Origin: Trichinella spiralis
Taxonomy: Eukaryota
Assembly: GCF_000181795.1 (NCBI RefSeq)
Contig: NW_003526941.1
Span: 6,439,659-6,503,658 of the forward strand
Direction: 5' to 3'
DNA length: 64,000 nucleotides
The notes under the pieces were generated by a model. It worked only from the letters and a program-made list of their open reading frames with translations, had not been told where the DNA came from and made no database searches. This document shows positions 22,844 through 36,674 of this stretch, in pieces. How positions within the stretch are numbered: the stretch's first letter is position 1; the number at the start of each line of letters is the position of its first letter. A program made the translations under genes and the position numbers.

Positions 22844-25591
22844 TTACTTGATCGAAAAGGTCGGTGTGGTGTTGTCGATTTGATTGAAATAATATTTGCG
22901 TTTTGGAGGGAGCACTTCAGGCTTGTGAATTTGATCTGGAACTTCGTATGCGTTTTCTTCTTCTTCTTCTTCTTGACCACCACGACCACTGGTCAATTGT
23001 GAAGATTGCCAACGTGCAGCCTTGATTCGGCGTAAAGTGGTCAATTTTCCCTTGTCCACTGACACGTTCACTTTCCTAAGAGTCGGTATCAATTGAGCCA
23101 CTTGATAAATGGCACTGTCCTGTATGGAAGGTTCTTGCTGGCACGGCTGCTTCATAATAGCAACTGATTTATTGTTGTTGAAACTGCTATTCGTCGTCGG
23201 CGAGACCATTTGACTTGGGAGACTGTAAACTCCGCTCGAACTGTTCTGCTGTTGGGCCGATCGGTCCGAAATGGTCCTTTCTGGTGAATGATTTTCAGGT
23301 TCGCAACAATTTCCCATACTGTCCAACGTCAACGGTACGCTTGGACTGATTTTTGGGCATCGATTTGCTGAATCCGCTTTCGAATTTTGCTTTGCCAAGT
23401 ATAAATTTTTCGCTTTGGACGCAAATATCGACCAAACGATCACCACACCAACCAACAAAATGGCGAACCCAATATTCAACATTATTGTTATCCAGTTGTC
23501 CGAATTCCATATACAATTGTCCATTGTTGCCACGCCTGAAAATTTCCATTAGAACAAAGCAATAATTCTTCAAAAACAACAACAACAGAATTGTAGTGAT
23601 CAAAGAGAAAAAAAAAGATAAAATTTGCATTACTCAGTTGCGGATTCTGCTCTTGTACGAGTGACATCAGCAAGCCGGCGACGGTAAAAGCGCACTCTGC
23701 ATCCAATTGAATATCCTCAAAGCGGTTCTCTTGCAGGCAGATCAGTGAGCTGAAATCGTTTTCATTTTCACTGGCGCTCGCTTCGCACTGAAGCATGTAT
23801 GTGTTTGTAGAATTCAGCTTGAATGGGTGAAAAGTCGACTCGGCGAACCCATTTCGCCGGTCAAAACGAAATTCTCCCATTCGACTTGAATTCAGTGAGC
23901 ATCTGAAAATAATTTATTTAAATTTATTGCCCATCCACTATGAATTGAATGTTTCACAAAATCTCACCCAAAATCATCAATAAGAAGAATATTGTTTCTC
24001 GTCAAATCGTCCCTACTTTGTGCAACGCATCTTTTCAATTCAACTGATATACCTTGAAATTTGAAAATGCGATTATCAATCAATTCAATTAGTAAACAAT
24101 AATTCAAACCTCGCGAATAAAGAGCAACTATTGAGTGTTCTTTATTGTCGGTCACTTTAATCAATCCATCTTCGATGCTTTCCAACTGCAAACGAAAGTC
24201 AGGAATTGGCAACGGTGAAACAACATCAGAGCTGAAACAATAAACAAACAAATAAATAAATAAATAAATAAAATTATAATTACATTCAACACTGCCATTC
24301 ACCTGTTTGCAACATTTGAACATGATTTTGGACACCGTATTGAGTAGAAAGTATCTTCAACCGTTTCAACAGCGGCAAACTTTTGCACAAAAATTACCGT
24401 CTCATAATGCAAATCATCCTTAAATTTTAATTTATTTATTAAACAAAACAAATTTTCGTTTAATAAAAAATTCAGTGTTCGATTTCTTTTTCAGAAATAC
24501 AGTAAGATTTGATAAATGATTTGAAGTGTTCATTGAACAACAAGACCGTCAATGTTTGTGTTCTTGTCAAAGCAATAAAATCCCCTTTTGTATTTTGAAC
24601 AACTTTTTTCCCTTGAATAAAACCATTTCCAATAAATATAGCTGGAGGGGAATTTGATCGAGAAAAATTGTAATAATAACCAGTTGACAATTGTATTTAA
24701 TCTTATTCAGAACTGCCCATTTATGATGAACGGTAATTTCGAAAAACAAGTTCAACATTGATCAACAATGGAAAAGCTTGTCAACGCTTTAGACAAAATG
24801 AGTGATTGAGAATGGCATCATACTGCACTGGCCTAACTGATCAATTTTTAAAATGTAAACTGCTTTTTATTTTCTCAAAAATTCATGCACAACCTGATAC
24901 AGTAATCTCTGGAGAATATGTTGCAAATTTGCGCACAACAACAACAACAACTTAAACTTAAACTTGAATATTATATTATCGTGCACAAAAAACGGTATTA
25001 TGAAAAAAAACATTAATTATCTAAAATTCAAGATTTGATTACAAATCTTTTACAAAAAAGAAATCAAGTTTCATTTATCTATCGATCAACAAAAGTTCCA
25101 GATTTCCAAATGGAATAATTTGAATTATTAAAGTGAAACAAATTTGTATAAAAATGTGAAAGAAAAAAGAACTTACTGATACAATACCGCAGGCATGATC
25201 ATCACTGTCATCATCATCATCATCAGACAGTGCAATGTTCAACGTAAAGTGTTCTTTAGAAGATCGACTTGCAAGGCAATCTTGCCTGGGTAGTGAATCG
25301 CCCGTCCCGGCATAAATCAATCCAGCAAATTGAGGACCGACAAAAATTTGAATATCCACACTGCTCGTTTCGCATCTCACTTTGACTAGAATGACAATCA
25401 AAGGGAATAAGATGATAGAATTTAAAAAAAAGAAAATAAAGAAAGAAAAATTAACAAATAAAATACAAGTTATTTCAATTATTACCATACTGATAGCTGG
25501 CGTTTGTTGGCAAAATTTCAAAAAATCCCAAACATGCGTGCAGCAAAAGCCGAATAGTCAACAGTGGTAGAACAAAGCCAAAATAGTTCAT
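22844..25591 (-). CDS. Cuticlin-like zona pellucida (ZP) domain type I membrane protein with a long cytoplasmic tail
   Basis: Signal MNYFGFVLPLLTIRLLLHACLG. ZP-N: VRCETSSVDIQIFVGPQFAGLIYA...C...ACGI and YETVIFVQ...TVEDTFYSIRC. ZP-C: RCVAQ...LLIDDFGCS...MGEF...AESTFHPFKL...MLQC. TM WITIMLNIGFAILLVGVVIVWSIFA, followed by a tail of about 190 aa. Confidence 0.82.
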
Positions 25592-27045
25592 CTACTGATT
25601 AGCGTTGGTGGAAATTGTTTCTCAACATAAATCTGCCTACAAGCATATATATATATATAAGTGGACAATTTGATTAAAGCTGAGATATTACATCGAATTT
25701 CATCATACACCAAACAAATAATGACAGCAATAATTTTCAATTATGAATCCAAGAAGAATAAAAAAGTCGAAAAAATAATGAATAACAAAAATGAGGGAAT
25801 ATTATATGAGGATGGAATGAAACCAACAAGAACAACAACAATAACAACAACAACAACGAGAAATCAACATCTGAATCATACACATAATATGCATGCACGC
25901 CCGAGTTCAGATGAAATTTTGTCATTGGCTATTGTTGTAGACGATCCAATGATGATCATTGGGCATTCATTGATGTCATCACTGCTCTTATTCATAAACC
26001 TTCGCTTTCGCCCAACGTAACGAACGACCTTGTTCTTCAACGTTTCAAATAAGTCTTGCCGGCCACTGCTACTCGATTGAAGGTTATTATCGTTGTCGAT
26101 TTCTTTTTTTCTTTCTTACTTTATTGTGCTCTTTTTTTCCCTTTCTTTCTCCTTGTACTCCTCTCTGAACCGAAAAAAATAAATCCCATTTTTTTCTCAA
26201 CAAAAGTGAAACAAAAAAAACCCCAAACACCTTGTAACCGAAAAATAAACCGTCCCATTCACTGTGACAAGTCCAACAACAGTTGTTCTCGATCTTACTT
26301 TCTCTGTTATCACTATAAAGAGGACAGTACCAATACTAACAAAAAATTCTTCATAATTCAAGCGCTCAATTGAAAAACAAACAACACTGGCTGATATTTT
26401 CTTAAAAATATTTTCATATTTACATTTCACATAACGAAGAACTTGTTGCCAATGTGTCACAACATGCAAAGTTCAGTTAAACAAATATTTATGCAGAAAC
26501 TCAAATATTATTCGTTTCTTTTTAAAAAAAATAATATTTACAAACGAATTCCATGCTTATATGAAGATAAAATTCCAACCCAAAAATGCGCTCAAGTATT
26601 GCATTTCATTCCTGACAATCACCTTACTGTTACAGTATACCAAACGTATGATTACTCGTATATTGAAACCACTTAGTTTGTGGCGCTTCTTTGACGCTTT
26701 CAACTTTACACTGGTTGGTAAGAAAAATATTCTGATATATCAGTATTACTAAAAGATTTTATTAAACCTCAGAGTTTCATGCACGTTTTGTTCAAAGTTT
26801 TCACGTTACTGTTTGTTAACTAATCTATTACGGGGGGAGGGGATATGTTGAAATTTTGATTCTAAAATTATTTGAATAATTGACGTGAAAATCAAATTTA
26901 AATTGTGATACCGTTTTTACAAATTACCTCCAAATTAGAAGAAGCATAACTAAGCTGTTCATTGGTGATGATGAGTCAGTCATGATGTAGAACAACTAAT
27001 TGTTTGTTCAACAGTTTAGAAACAAACGGCAAGTAGACAGTAGAG

Positions 27046-27987
27046 ATGAATCGATTGTTCGGTCGTGGCAAAGCGAAAGAGCCACCACCATCACTAACGG
27101 ATGCTATTCAAAATGTCGATGCTCGGGCTGAACATGTTGATAACAAAATCAGTCGCCTGGATCAAGAGTTGAATAAATACAGAGAACAGATGAACAGAAT
27201 GCGAGATGGTCCGGCGAAAACTGCGTTGAAGCAAAAAGCATTGCAGTAACTTTTTTTTAATCCCAGCTGATTCATGATCAGTTTTCAATTGAGCAAACAT
27301 GAATAGATTATCATGTCATATTTCTTTTTTGCAGTGGGGTATTTCTCATTCACGTATTCTTTCAGTGTTCTCCGACAGAAAAGACATTATGAAAATCAGC
27401 GTGATATCTTAACTCAGCAAAGTTTCAACATGGAACAGTCGAACTATGCGATTCAATCGCTAAAAGGTAATTTTCAACGAAAATCTAACCTACCAAAGAT
27501 GATTATCAATGAAAATAACCCACCGTCATTTCAGATACCCATGTTACAGTGCAGGCCATGAAGAGCGGTTTGAAAGATATGAAAAGACATCAGAAAAATT
27601 TGCGCATTGATTCAATTGAAGATTTGCAAGATGAACTAGCCGACATGGTGGAAAACAGTAATGAAATTCAAGAAGCACTTGGTCAAACTTATGGCATGCC
27701 AGAGGTGGAGATAATTGATTGAAAAAAAGAAAAACTTTTTAAGTCAAATTTTACCTTTTCCAACGAGCAATGATTTCGAAATTTTACAGATTGACGATGA
27801 TGAACTGGAAGCGGAGCTCGAAGCGTTGAAGGATGAAATTGTGCTGGACAAAGATTCAACTTACATAGATGATGCACTCCGTGCACCGGTCGTACCTATC
27901 AAAGAACCCGGAAGTGAGAGTGCTACAACATCTACAAGTCAAGTACCTGTCGACGAATTCGGCTTACCAAAACTTCCTGCGACATGA
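27046..27987 (+). CDS. CHMP5: Charged multivesicular body protein 5 (Vps60, Snf7/ESCRT-III family)
   Basis: [67 protein letters not shown] and VDEFGLP; 4 exons. Confidence 0.96.
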
Positions 27988-28231
27988 TCGAGCTTTATTC
28001 TTGATCTAAATCGCGCATCTTTAATAATAACTCTGCTTTGTACGTGTATATTGTGTATTGGTATTTAAATATATTGCACTGATCCGAACTGTGTAGTTTG
28101 TCCACAGGTTTCTTTTTTTATCAAAATAAAACTTCTTTTTTCAATAATTTAATGAGAATTTTTTTTTCGTTTAAAGCAGCAGTGTAGTTCTTCAAAATGA
28201 AACAAGTCCACTAGGAAATAGGGAATTTATC

Positions 28232-31200
28232 TCAGCATTTAGAAATTTCACTTTCGCAAGTGTTTGCAGCAGATATGCCAAAGAGTTGTTCAGTCGACGG
28301 CAATCGATCAATAAGCTCTTCAGTAACTATATAAAAAAATTCAAAAGCATTCATTAGTTGATTCCAGTTTGATGGGGGAAAAGTTGTAAAAATTATGAAA
28401 AAGAATAATTAATTACCTTTGAAATTGCTGGTTGCTACTGACAATTTTTTGATCACGTCACTCAGCGGGCAAGAATTATCAGCATCGATGACTGTTGAAC
28501 AGCTATTATTATTATTATTATTATCATCATTATTGTTATTCTGTAAAAGTGACGACGACGCTGTTGTTGAATATGGTAATTTCATCATGTCAGCATGGAA
28601 TTTTTGCTGAAGACGATCTTTCAGACCGCATGCTAATGTCAGCAATTCAACACACTGCGTTTGCAGTTGTCTCAAAGAGGACTGAAAAATGAAAATAATT
28701 TTAAAAAGAACAAATTTTAATAATCAACTGAACAAAAAATAACTCTGACCAACTGACCAGTTGAACAAAAACTTGCCCTTTGGGCGAAGATTTGCCATGC
28801 TCATCACTAGTTGCAGCGGTGCGAAGTTTCCGTTGCGACGTGGCAACATCCACCAGCAGCTTACTCTTGGCCGTATTACCACCGATGTGAAATGATCTCG
28901 AACGACTGAATCAAAAAATTAAAATTAACATATTACTGTACGTGTGAAAATCAACAAAAAAAGCTTCCACTTCACAACCTGTTCAACAGTGTTGGACTGA
29001 CGTCGGCTTCAACTTTACTGGACATCATCTTCTTCAACGGATTGTATTCTTTGCGTCGCAACCAGGCAGCCGTCTCTGGCCTGGGACTGCTGGCAGCGGA
29101 TTTGCTTTTCGACGACAAGCCAGCCTGCCGAGAAGACGACGACGAACAAGAAGCAGCTTTGTGACTATTGACGGCGGTTTGGGCTCGCTGCTGCTGGGGC
29201 TGCTGTTGGGCCGGCGCCCTCATGCTGAAACGGCCTCCGTCTCGTCGGGTGAATTTGTCCACGTTGCTTTTCGTCAACAACGGGGATTTGGCTTTGGAGC
29301 TTCGGGCGGTGGCCGGCGACGACCGACCAGATTTTGAACATCCCACAACCCCGCCGCCTCCGGCCTTTGAACCACCACCACACCCCGAAGAATCAGCCCC
29401 AGTCGACAACGGTTCACGTTTCCGCACTGTTGAGGAGGAAGTTCTCAAAAAATATTCCACCTTTTCAACGCTATCCGCCGGGCTGTTGTTGCCAAGTTGG
29501 ATGAAAAAATTTTCATTTCCAAATTTGTCACCTTTTTTCTTCACCAAATTCTCCTCGTCAACGTCATTTTCCTTGGAATGTGCCGTTTCGAAAATTTCCT
29601 AAAATACAAATAAAACAACAAACAAATCATCATCGTCATTTTCATCAATGAAATTAATATGAAATAAATTTGTCACCGATTTATTGGCAAAATAATCCCG
29701 TTCCAATATGTAAGTTGCACTGTCGCTCAAGTTGTCATCTTCCAACGAGCCTGCCTTGTTGCATGCATATTCTAATTTAGAAGAATCCACGTCAACAACC
29801 GTTTCAATATCATTAACTGCCTTTGCAACATTTTTCACTAAAAATATTGAAATTTCATAATAAAGCAAAAAAAAAATAAAATTAATCAATTAATAAAATA
29901 TAAGACAAACTTGGACGGTAAGATGAACGTTTCGGAACTGTTGCCGATTTCTGTTTCACAGGCTAAAATAGCAAATTTACATAAATAATAACGAACAAAT
30001 ACAACTATTCAATTTCAAACATGCAACACAATTGCAACAACTACTAATCATATTATTGTTCACATTATTATCAAATTCAACCGACCTGCTTTGGTGGCGT
30101 TGATTTCTTTAAAGCTACCATATTTGTTGTAGACATATCATCATTAAAATGAATAGTAAAAGCGTGATTTTCTGTTATTGAAAAAAAGAACAAATGAAAC
30201 ATGGGGAAAAAATATAATAATTTCGCCTCAAACGAACATTCCATACCTCGTCTGTTGATATTTGAGGAGCTTGTTTCGCCGGAACCATTAACAAACGGAA
30301 TGTCCATGCGTATACTTTGTTGCTTCGTAATTGTTGCTGTTTCACCAACCTCAGCAGCAGCTTCTGTTGAACACTTTTCGTTCACGACGTCCGTAGACGC
30401 ATTCGACAATCGCCTTTCACTATCTTCTTTAGGTGAGATTTCTGTTCAAAAAAATGTAAATTAACTAAACAAAAAATAATGCTATGAATTTACCAAAATC
30501 AGACTGAGGCTTCGATTCTTCACGATTCCACCATGCTGGTGCTTCACCAAATAATGGTGTTCGGCCATGATCCTTTTCCAACTCTGCAAATACAACAAAA
30601 TGACAACTGTCGCATTCGAATTTCTCAATTTTCACTAGGGCAACATTTTCAAAAAGCTGAATATATAATACAACGCAAAGTACGAGGGTGCAAATTTAAT
30701 CATACATGCTTGATATTACAATTAAAAAAAATAACAGTGAACTACTAGGTCAAACTAAATGATACAATTAAATAGAGTAAAATAAAAAGAGGAAATAAAT
30801 AAAAAGTTACTTACTAGCTCCAGTGTGATAGCGAAGACCAGATGTAGCAGGGATGTTTGTTTGTACAGCTTCTTCCTTGTCTGACGATTGGTTGGACGAA
30901 ACTGAAGGAGGAAAAGAATCTTCACTTACTTTGCTTTGGTTTTGCACAAATTCCACTTCTTTGCGTTGTAATGCGGGAGAAGTTACAGGCGAAGGGATAT
31001 AAACACTGGGTCGGCAGACGGTGGCTGGGATCATATTTTCAGAAACGTTAACCGGATAAGTTGCACGAGTCACTGATTGCCTGATTGCAGAACACGAATC
31101 TGCTGGACAATGACAATATGAAAAGGATTCTTTCGAATAAGGTAACATGCCGTGATGGACGAGGAAAATATTCGATGCCGTTGGAATTGAATTTACGTCG

Positions 31201-32652
31201 GTAGAAAATGGAGGCATTGTAGGCTGCTGCTGCTGTAACATTTGCTGTTGTTGTTGTTGTTGCTGGTGATGATGATGATGATGGTAATGATAAGAACCAT
31301 CACAAGCAATCCATGGACTACATGCATGCGAACCAGGATATACATTTCCAACTATAGACGCATATTGCTGCGGCGTCCAAGCCTGGGAATTCAGTCCAGG
31401 TATATCGTTTTGCGCACAGCCAGATTTCAGCCGATTGCAAATCGAATAAGCGCAACAGCACGAATGACACGAGCCATTCTGTGCTAAAGACGCGTATTCG
31501 GCATTTATCAAACAGCTGTGCTGAAATTGAGCTGGAAAAGTTAAATTGGACGAATGAGTGAATTGCTGGAAAACAGAATGAGCTGGACCAGAAATACACT
31601 GACTGCTCGCATTATCACTAACTGCTGCTGCAGTGCTCGACTCGCTGGAATCATTGTTATTCTATAAAAATTAATAAATCAATTTCAAATCGAAATTTTA
31701 TTAACAAAAGTAAGCTATTAAGCTATTCAAAACTGCGCAAGTGAAAAACAAATTCTAACAATCAATAACAAAAATTATACAATTTCATGTCAATATTATC
31801 ATTCGATTATTTTCACAGAAAAGAAATAAATGCATAAAATGAAAAACAATTCAGCAATCTTAATTATTAATTCAGTTTCAATTACTTTACACTTAATGTA
31901 TTTTCATTTTATTTAATTCAGAAACCTTTATTTATTTTTAATTTCTTGCCACCAAAAACTATCAACATATATATATGCTATTCGTAGCAATATCGTTAAC
32001 ATGTCGGCAACTACGAATTATACAATTAATATTTATGTAATACAACCAAAATGGAATAATAAAAATGAAAAAGTAGAACTTAATTATAAAAATACACGTC
32101 TGTCTCCAGTAAAAAAACACATTTCCGCCATACATTAAATAAACTTAATGCTAATTTCAAAATCATGCAAACGGAACAAAAAATAAATAACGAATTCATA
32201 CAGTTCCCTTTTTCAACGACCGACCCAATAAAAATATACTTAATTACTACAATTTAAAAATTCCTTGAAAATTAGTACGGAAATTTTTAAGTAAAGAATT
32301 CAACTAGTTTCTGTAAAACTGTAAAAAAGCAATGGAAAACTACTAACTAAGAAAACACTGCTTCAATAAATTAGCAGAATTTACTTCCGCAAAAAGAGTG
32401 AGTCAGAAAAGGACTCGAGTTGAAATGCTAACAGTAAATGCGAATAATGAATTTTGCTATAGATGTTGATGATTCGGCGCACAATGAAAATCAATAATGA
32501 TTGAAATACAAACACTGGATCCCCACCAAGCATATGCTTGATGTTCGTGTTTCCAGGGTTTCTCGTAAAAGTGGTCATTGAATCGAAAATAAAATTACCT
32601 GTTGTGCTGCATGGGCTTCATCTTCTGCGGGAGGAATTTCCGCAACGTTCAT
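28232..32652 (-). CDS. Large low-complexity protein with CEP170-like short motifs
   Basis: Multi-exon model from MNVAEIPPAEDE (32652) through ORFs 30807-31661, 30077-30409, 29599-29889, 28972-29547 and 28409-28675 to a last exon ending ...ISKC* (28232). HAFTIHFNDD and LSDSATYILE resemble the CEP170 motifs AFVIEFFDE and SDAGTYTIE as I recall them. It also has AWLRRKEYNP and a C-terminal helical segment. The family assignment is an inference. Confidence 0.6.
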
Positions 32653-34212
32653 CTTGGAATTTCGAGCATGACTAATAGTCGACCATTTTTATTGAATGTA
32701 TCTTTATGCACGCATGCAGTTAAATACAAAATCGCTATGCATGCAATACAAATCTAAAAATCTAAAATGAAGCTCATTCATAAATAATATTTACGAAAAT
32801 AATTGAAAAAAAATCCACTTACATTAAATATACATTTCAGTTATCAATGAATGCAATAAACTCGTGTATTTTACCAATATAAAATTTCAAACAATAAAAA
32901 TAATTGCCACGTAATTCAATTATAACTGAAATTTCAAATAAAACAACTAAAATGTATTAAATTCACAGCTTCACATTTACCGTACTCCTATAGTATTAAA
33001 AAAGCAGCAGGTACAATATTAAATTTATTCTACCAAATATTTGAATAAACATAACAATCAATAAAATCAGTCCTAATTTTAGATTTTGCAAACTGATTAG
33101 CTGATCAGTGAAGCATTAATAACCAACAATACATTGGCAACTGCAGTCACTTTTGAAACTTATTTTACATCACTGCTTTCAGTAGTTGCTATTACAGAAC
33201 AGAAAAAAAAGACTTTTAGTGCACTTACAGTTGTACATTTTGACGTTTTCCCATTGACTTCAATGCTGAAAAATGGTGAGGAAAATTAATAATAAAACCG
33301 GTTACTTACCTGCTTTATAACGCACGTTACAATATGGCTAAATTGCGCAAAAATCAATTTTTCTTCTTGAAAATCTCATACAAACCGAGTAATTACTGTA
33401 AATATTCATTTCAATTGTTCTAAACTGTCACTTCAAGAAAAGAATGGTGTTTTATAGAAATTATAAACTGAAAAACAATTTTTTTCAATTTTATAAATTA
33501 AATTTCAAACTTTGTCAAATTGTATAACAATTTTACACATTTTCACAGTAATAAAATTTTGTTAAAAGCAAATCAGTTCAACATGATGTGCCGATTGCAA
33601 ATGAATGCTGACAGTAAACATTTCTTCATGGCTAGTGTTTGCACTGCCTTTGCCTATCTTTCACAACACCTATTTGTTTGTTCAGTTACTCAAGGTAGTA
33701 ACTTCATTCATTATTGCTTGGCAACAATAAGTAAAAATGGTTACACAAAAACAATACATATAGCTGCTCTTCAGTTAAAATTATTATCAAGAAAAGAGGA
33801 AGATTTATTTAACAGAAAACCATATCAGAAAGCATGTTGTCCAATATATTAATTATACAGTAAACAACAACAGTCGGGAAGAGTGTTTTAGGAATGATGT
33901 TCAAAAAATGAGAAATTAATAAAGCAGAATCAATACAGAATATGGCAAAAAGTAATAATAATAATAGTGATTAAACTGACAACAGACATTAATACTGTAT
34001 GAAATGGATTGAAAATAACGAAGGGTAAAAATTATTTGACGTAAGTGAAAAAGTAGAAATTCAAACAAAATAAACCCACCATCGACCCATTGAAATTGAT
34101 GAATTTTATCTTTTCTGCTTGCTGAAGTGAGTGATAAGAAAAGTCGACATTTCAACCACTGGAAAACGAATCAATTTACCCCGAACATTTTGGAAACTGC
34201 TGCCAACCAACA

Positions 34213-36674
34213 ATGATAGTCGAACAAAATGCTCAACAATTATTATTCCTATTTCATTTCATAATTTCTTCAACAATCTGTAACAGTATACTATTTTTGT
34301 CAATAGTATAAAATTATTAAAAATTTCAATTTCAGTTTCAATCAACTGTAGAATTGTACAGTCGGAAGAGTCTGTCAATTGTGGCGGCATTTACACGCTG
34401 GTGGACAATTCAATCTTGCGAGTGGTCAGTCCAAATTATCCTGAAAAAGGCTATCCGAACAATGCCAACTGCTTGTGGCAAATTCAGTGCAAAGTGAACA
34501 TGGTGAAGATGGAAATGAAATTTTTTGAACTTGAACAATACGACAACTATACCTGTCCAGACAGACTGTGGCTCTCGTTGCCTGGAGATGTACAACAAGA
34601 AGCTGAAGAGCAGCAGCAGTTGAACAACCACGGCTGCAACAGTTGGCCTGAGAAGCTAATTTTCAAACACCGAGCCCCGTTCAGCTTCAACTTGACTTTC
34701 CAAAGTGACGAACAATTTCGTTACAGGGGTTTCGAATTGGAAATCACTGGCAAGGATCTCGGTCCTCCGGTACCGGCAGATTGTGGGCGCACGTATCGTT
34801 TGAAAAAAAGAAATACCAAATTTGCACTTCACACACCAAACTGGCCGCTCAATTATCCGAAAAATTCCGAATGCAAATGGACAATTGAAAACCCACTCCA
34901 CGACCAAGGCCATTACATCAAAATGGAAATGATCCACTTCGACACGCTCCAACCCCACCACATGTTGATTATCCATTCGAAAGATGATGAAACGAGACAC
35001 CAATTTACGGGACAAATTAATAATAAAAATAAACTTTATTTTTTCAAAACTGAACGATTGGAAATTTTATTTCTTTCAGACAACAATTATTACGATGGAA
35101 AATTTCACATTGAAGTTTCTACAACCAAACAAGCAGGTAAAACCATTCATTCAGGCGTTGAAAAGTTTTACATTGTGATTAGCACAATCTATATAGCAGA
35201 ACTTCACAACAAATCTCTCAAATTCAAAAGTTTCCACTTTCACTATACTGTTTTTTGTTAACTCATAAGCTTTTATATATTTTTTTATATTTTATTTTCC
35301 AGAATGCCCTCGGACAAAAGTTAGATGCCCTGGAACAGACATTTGCATTCCTATGAAAAGCATATGTGATGGTAAAATTGACTGCCCAGGTGAACATGAT
35401 GAAAATCTATCAGTCTGCAATGGTAAGTATTCTTTTATTATAAAGAACGCAATAATTAGATCGTAGAAAATCAAACAACCTCACATTAAACTTGATGTAA
35501 TGTTTGTTTCAAAACGTCATCGCAAGTGTATGAAAAATAGACAAAATAAATAAAATAAGCTAAGTATCAAACTGTATGTATTTAAAGAAAAAAATCTTTT
35601 CTTACAACACGTACATGTATGAACAGATTCTTGCTTAATTAAGTGCATAAAAACTGTGGCAAGCAACAAATTCCGTTGAATATTGAGCTGAAAGAATCAA
35701 TTGCCACAAAAGCGAAACCAGGAAGTTGGCCTTGGGCAGTGAGCATTCATTCTTACACATTTCCAAAGCAAGTGCTCTGCGAAGCAACATTGATATCACC
35801 GAAATGGATTCTCACCACTGCATACTGTGCATTGAAAATCAGGTATTTGAATTATTTTCACAATTAATTTATACTTGATTTTCATTTAATAAAACAGTAT
35901 GAATAAAAAAAATAATTCACAATTTTTTTGGTTTAGTAAAAATACTGCGGAATATTTTGTTCGAATTGGTTCTTACTGGTCAAATGAAATGGAAGAATCG
36001 TGGGAATTTGATTCGAACATTACAAATTTTTATTTTCACCCTGATCATCAAAGTGACAACCAAAATGATATCGCTTTAATACTTCTGCAAAATGGAGTGC
36101 CGATTCCGTTCAATAAACGGGTGAACATCGCTTGCTTGCCCGAAATAGATATACCCTTGGGCAGGCGCCCTAAGTACGCAAACACTGGCTGGGGTTCAAC
36201 TGGTATTACAATATCATGTATGGATTTTTCTTTTTTTTTTGATAAATAAGATGAAATATTTTTCAGATCTGGACAACAAAAAACAGCCCCTTTACCAAGC
36301 AATCACCTCACCATTATCAATTTATAAATGCAATAGCACGTTGAAATGGTTCCAACCGATCACCAACCACATGCTTTGCTCGGTTTACAATAAACCTGAA
36401 AACCTAGACATCGTACTTGAATCTAATTTTTAAATATTTCTTGATATGCAAATTTATATGCAAATGCTTTCAGCTAAACAAAGGTGGACCTTACATGTGC
36501 AAGAACGACGAATCATCACAATGGCAGTTACACGGAACCATCATGAATTACATGAGGGCGTGGGACGAAGAAGAAGAAGATGATGAAGAGAAAGGTTTCG
36601 TAGTGTACACAAGTGTTGTCGCTTTTATAAATTTCATCTGGCAAACAATGCTCAATTATGAAAACGCAATTTGA
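34213..36674 (+). CDS. CUB-CUB-LDLa-trypsin-like protein; catalytically dead serine protease homologue
   Basis: CUB1 CGG...SPNYPEKGYPNNANCLWQI...FQSD...RGF; CUB2 CG...TPNWPLNYPKNSECKWTI; LDLa exon 35303-35422 (CIPMKSICDGKIDCPGEHDE); trypsin fold SWPW...C.ATLISPKWILTTAYC, NDIAL, IACLP, TGWG and LNKGGPYMC. Confidence 0.9.
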
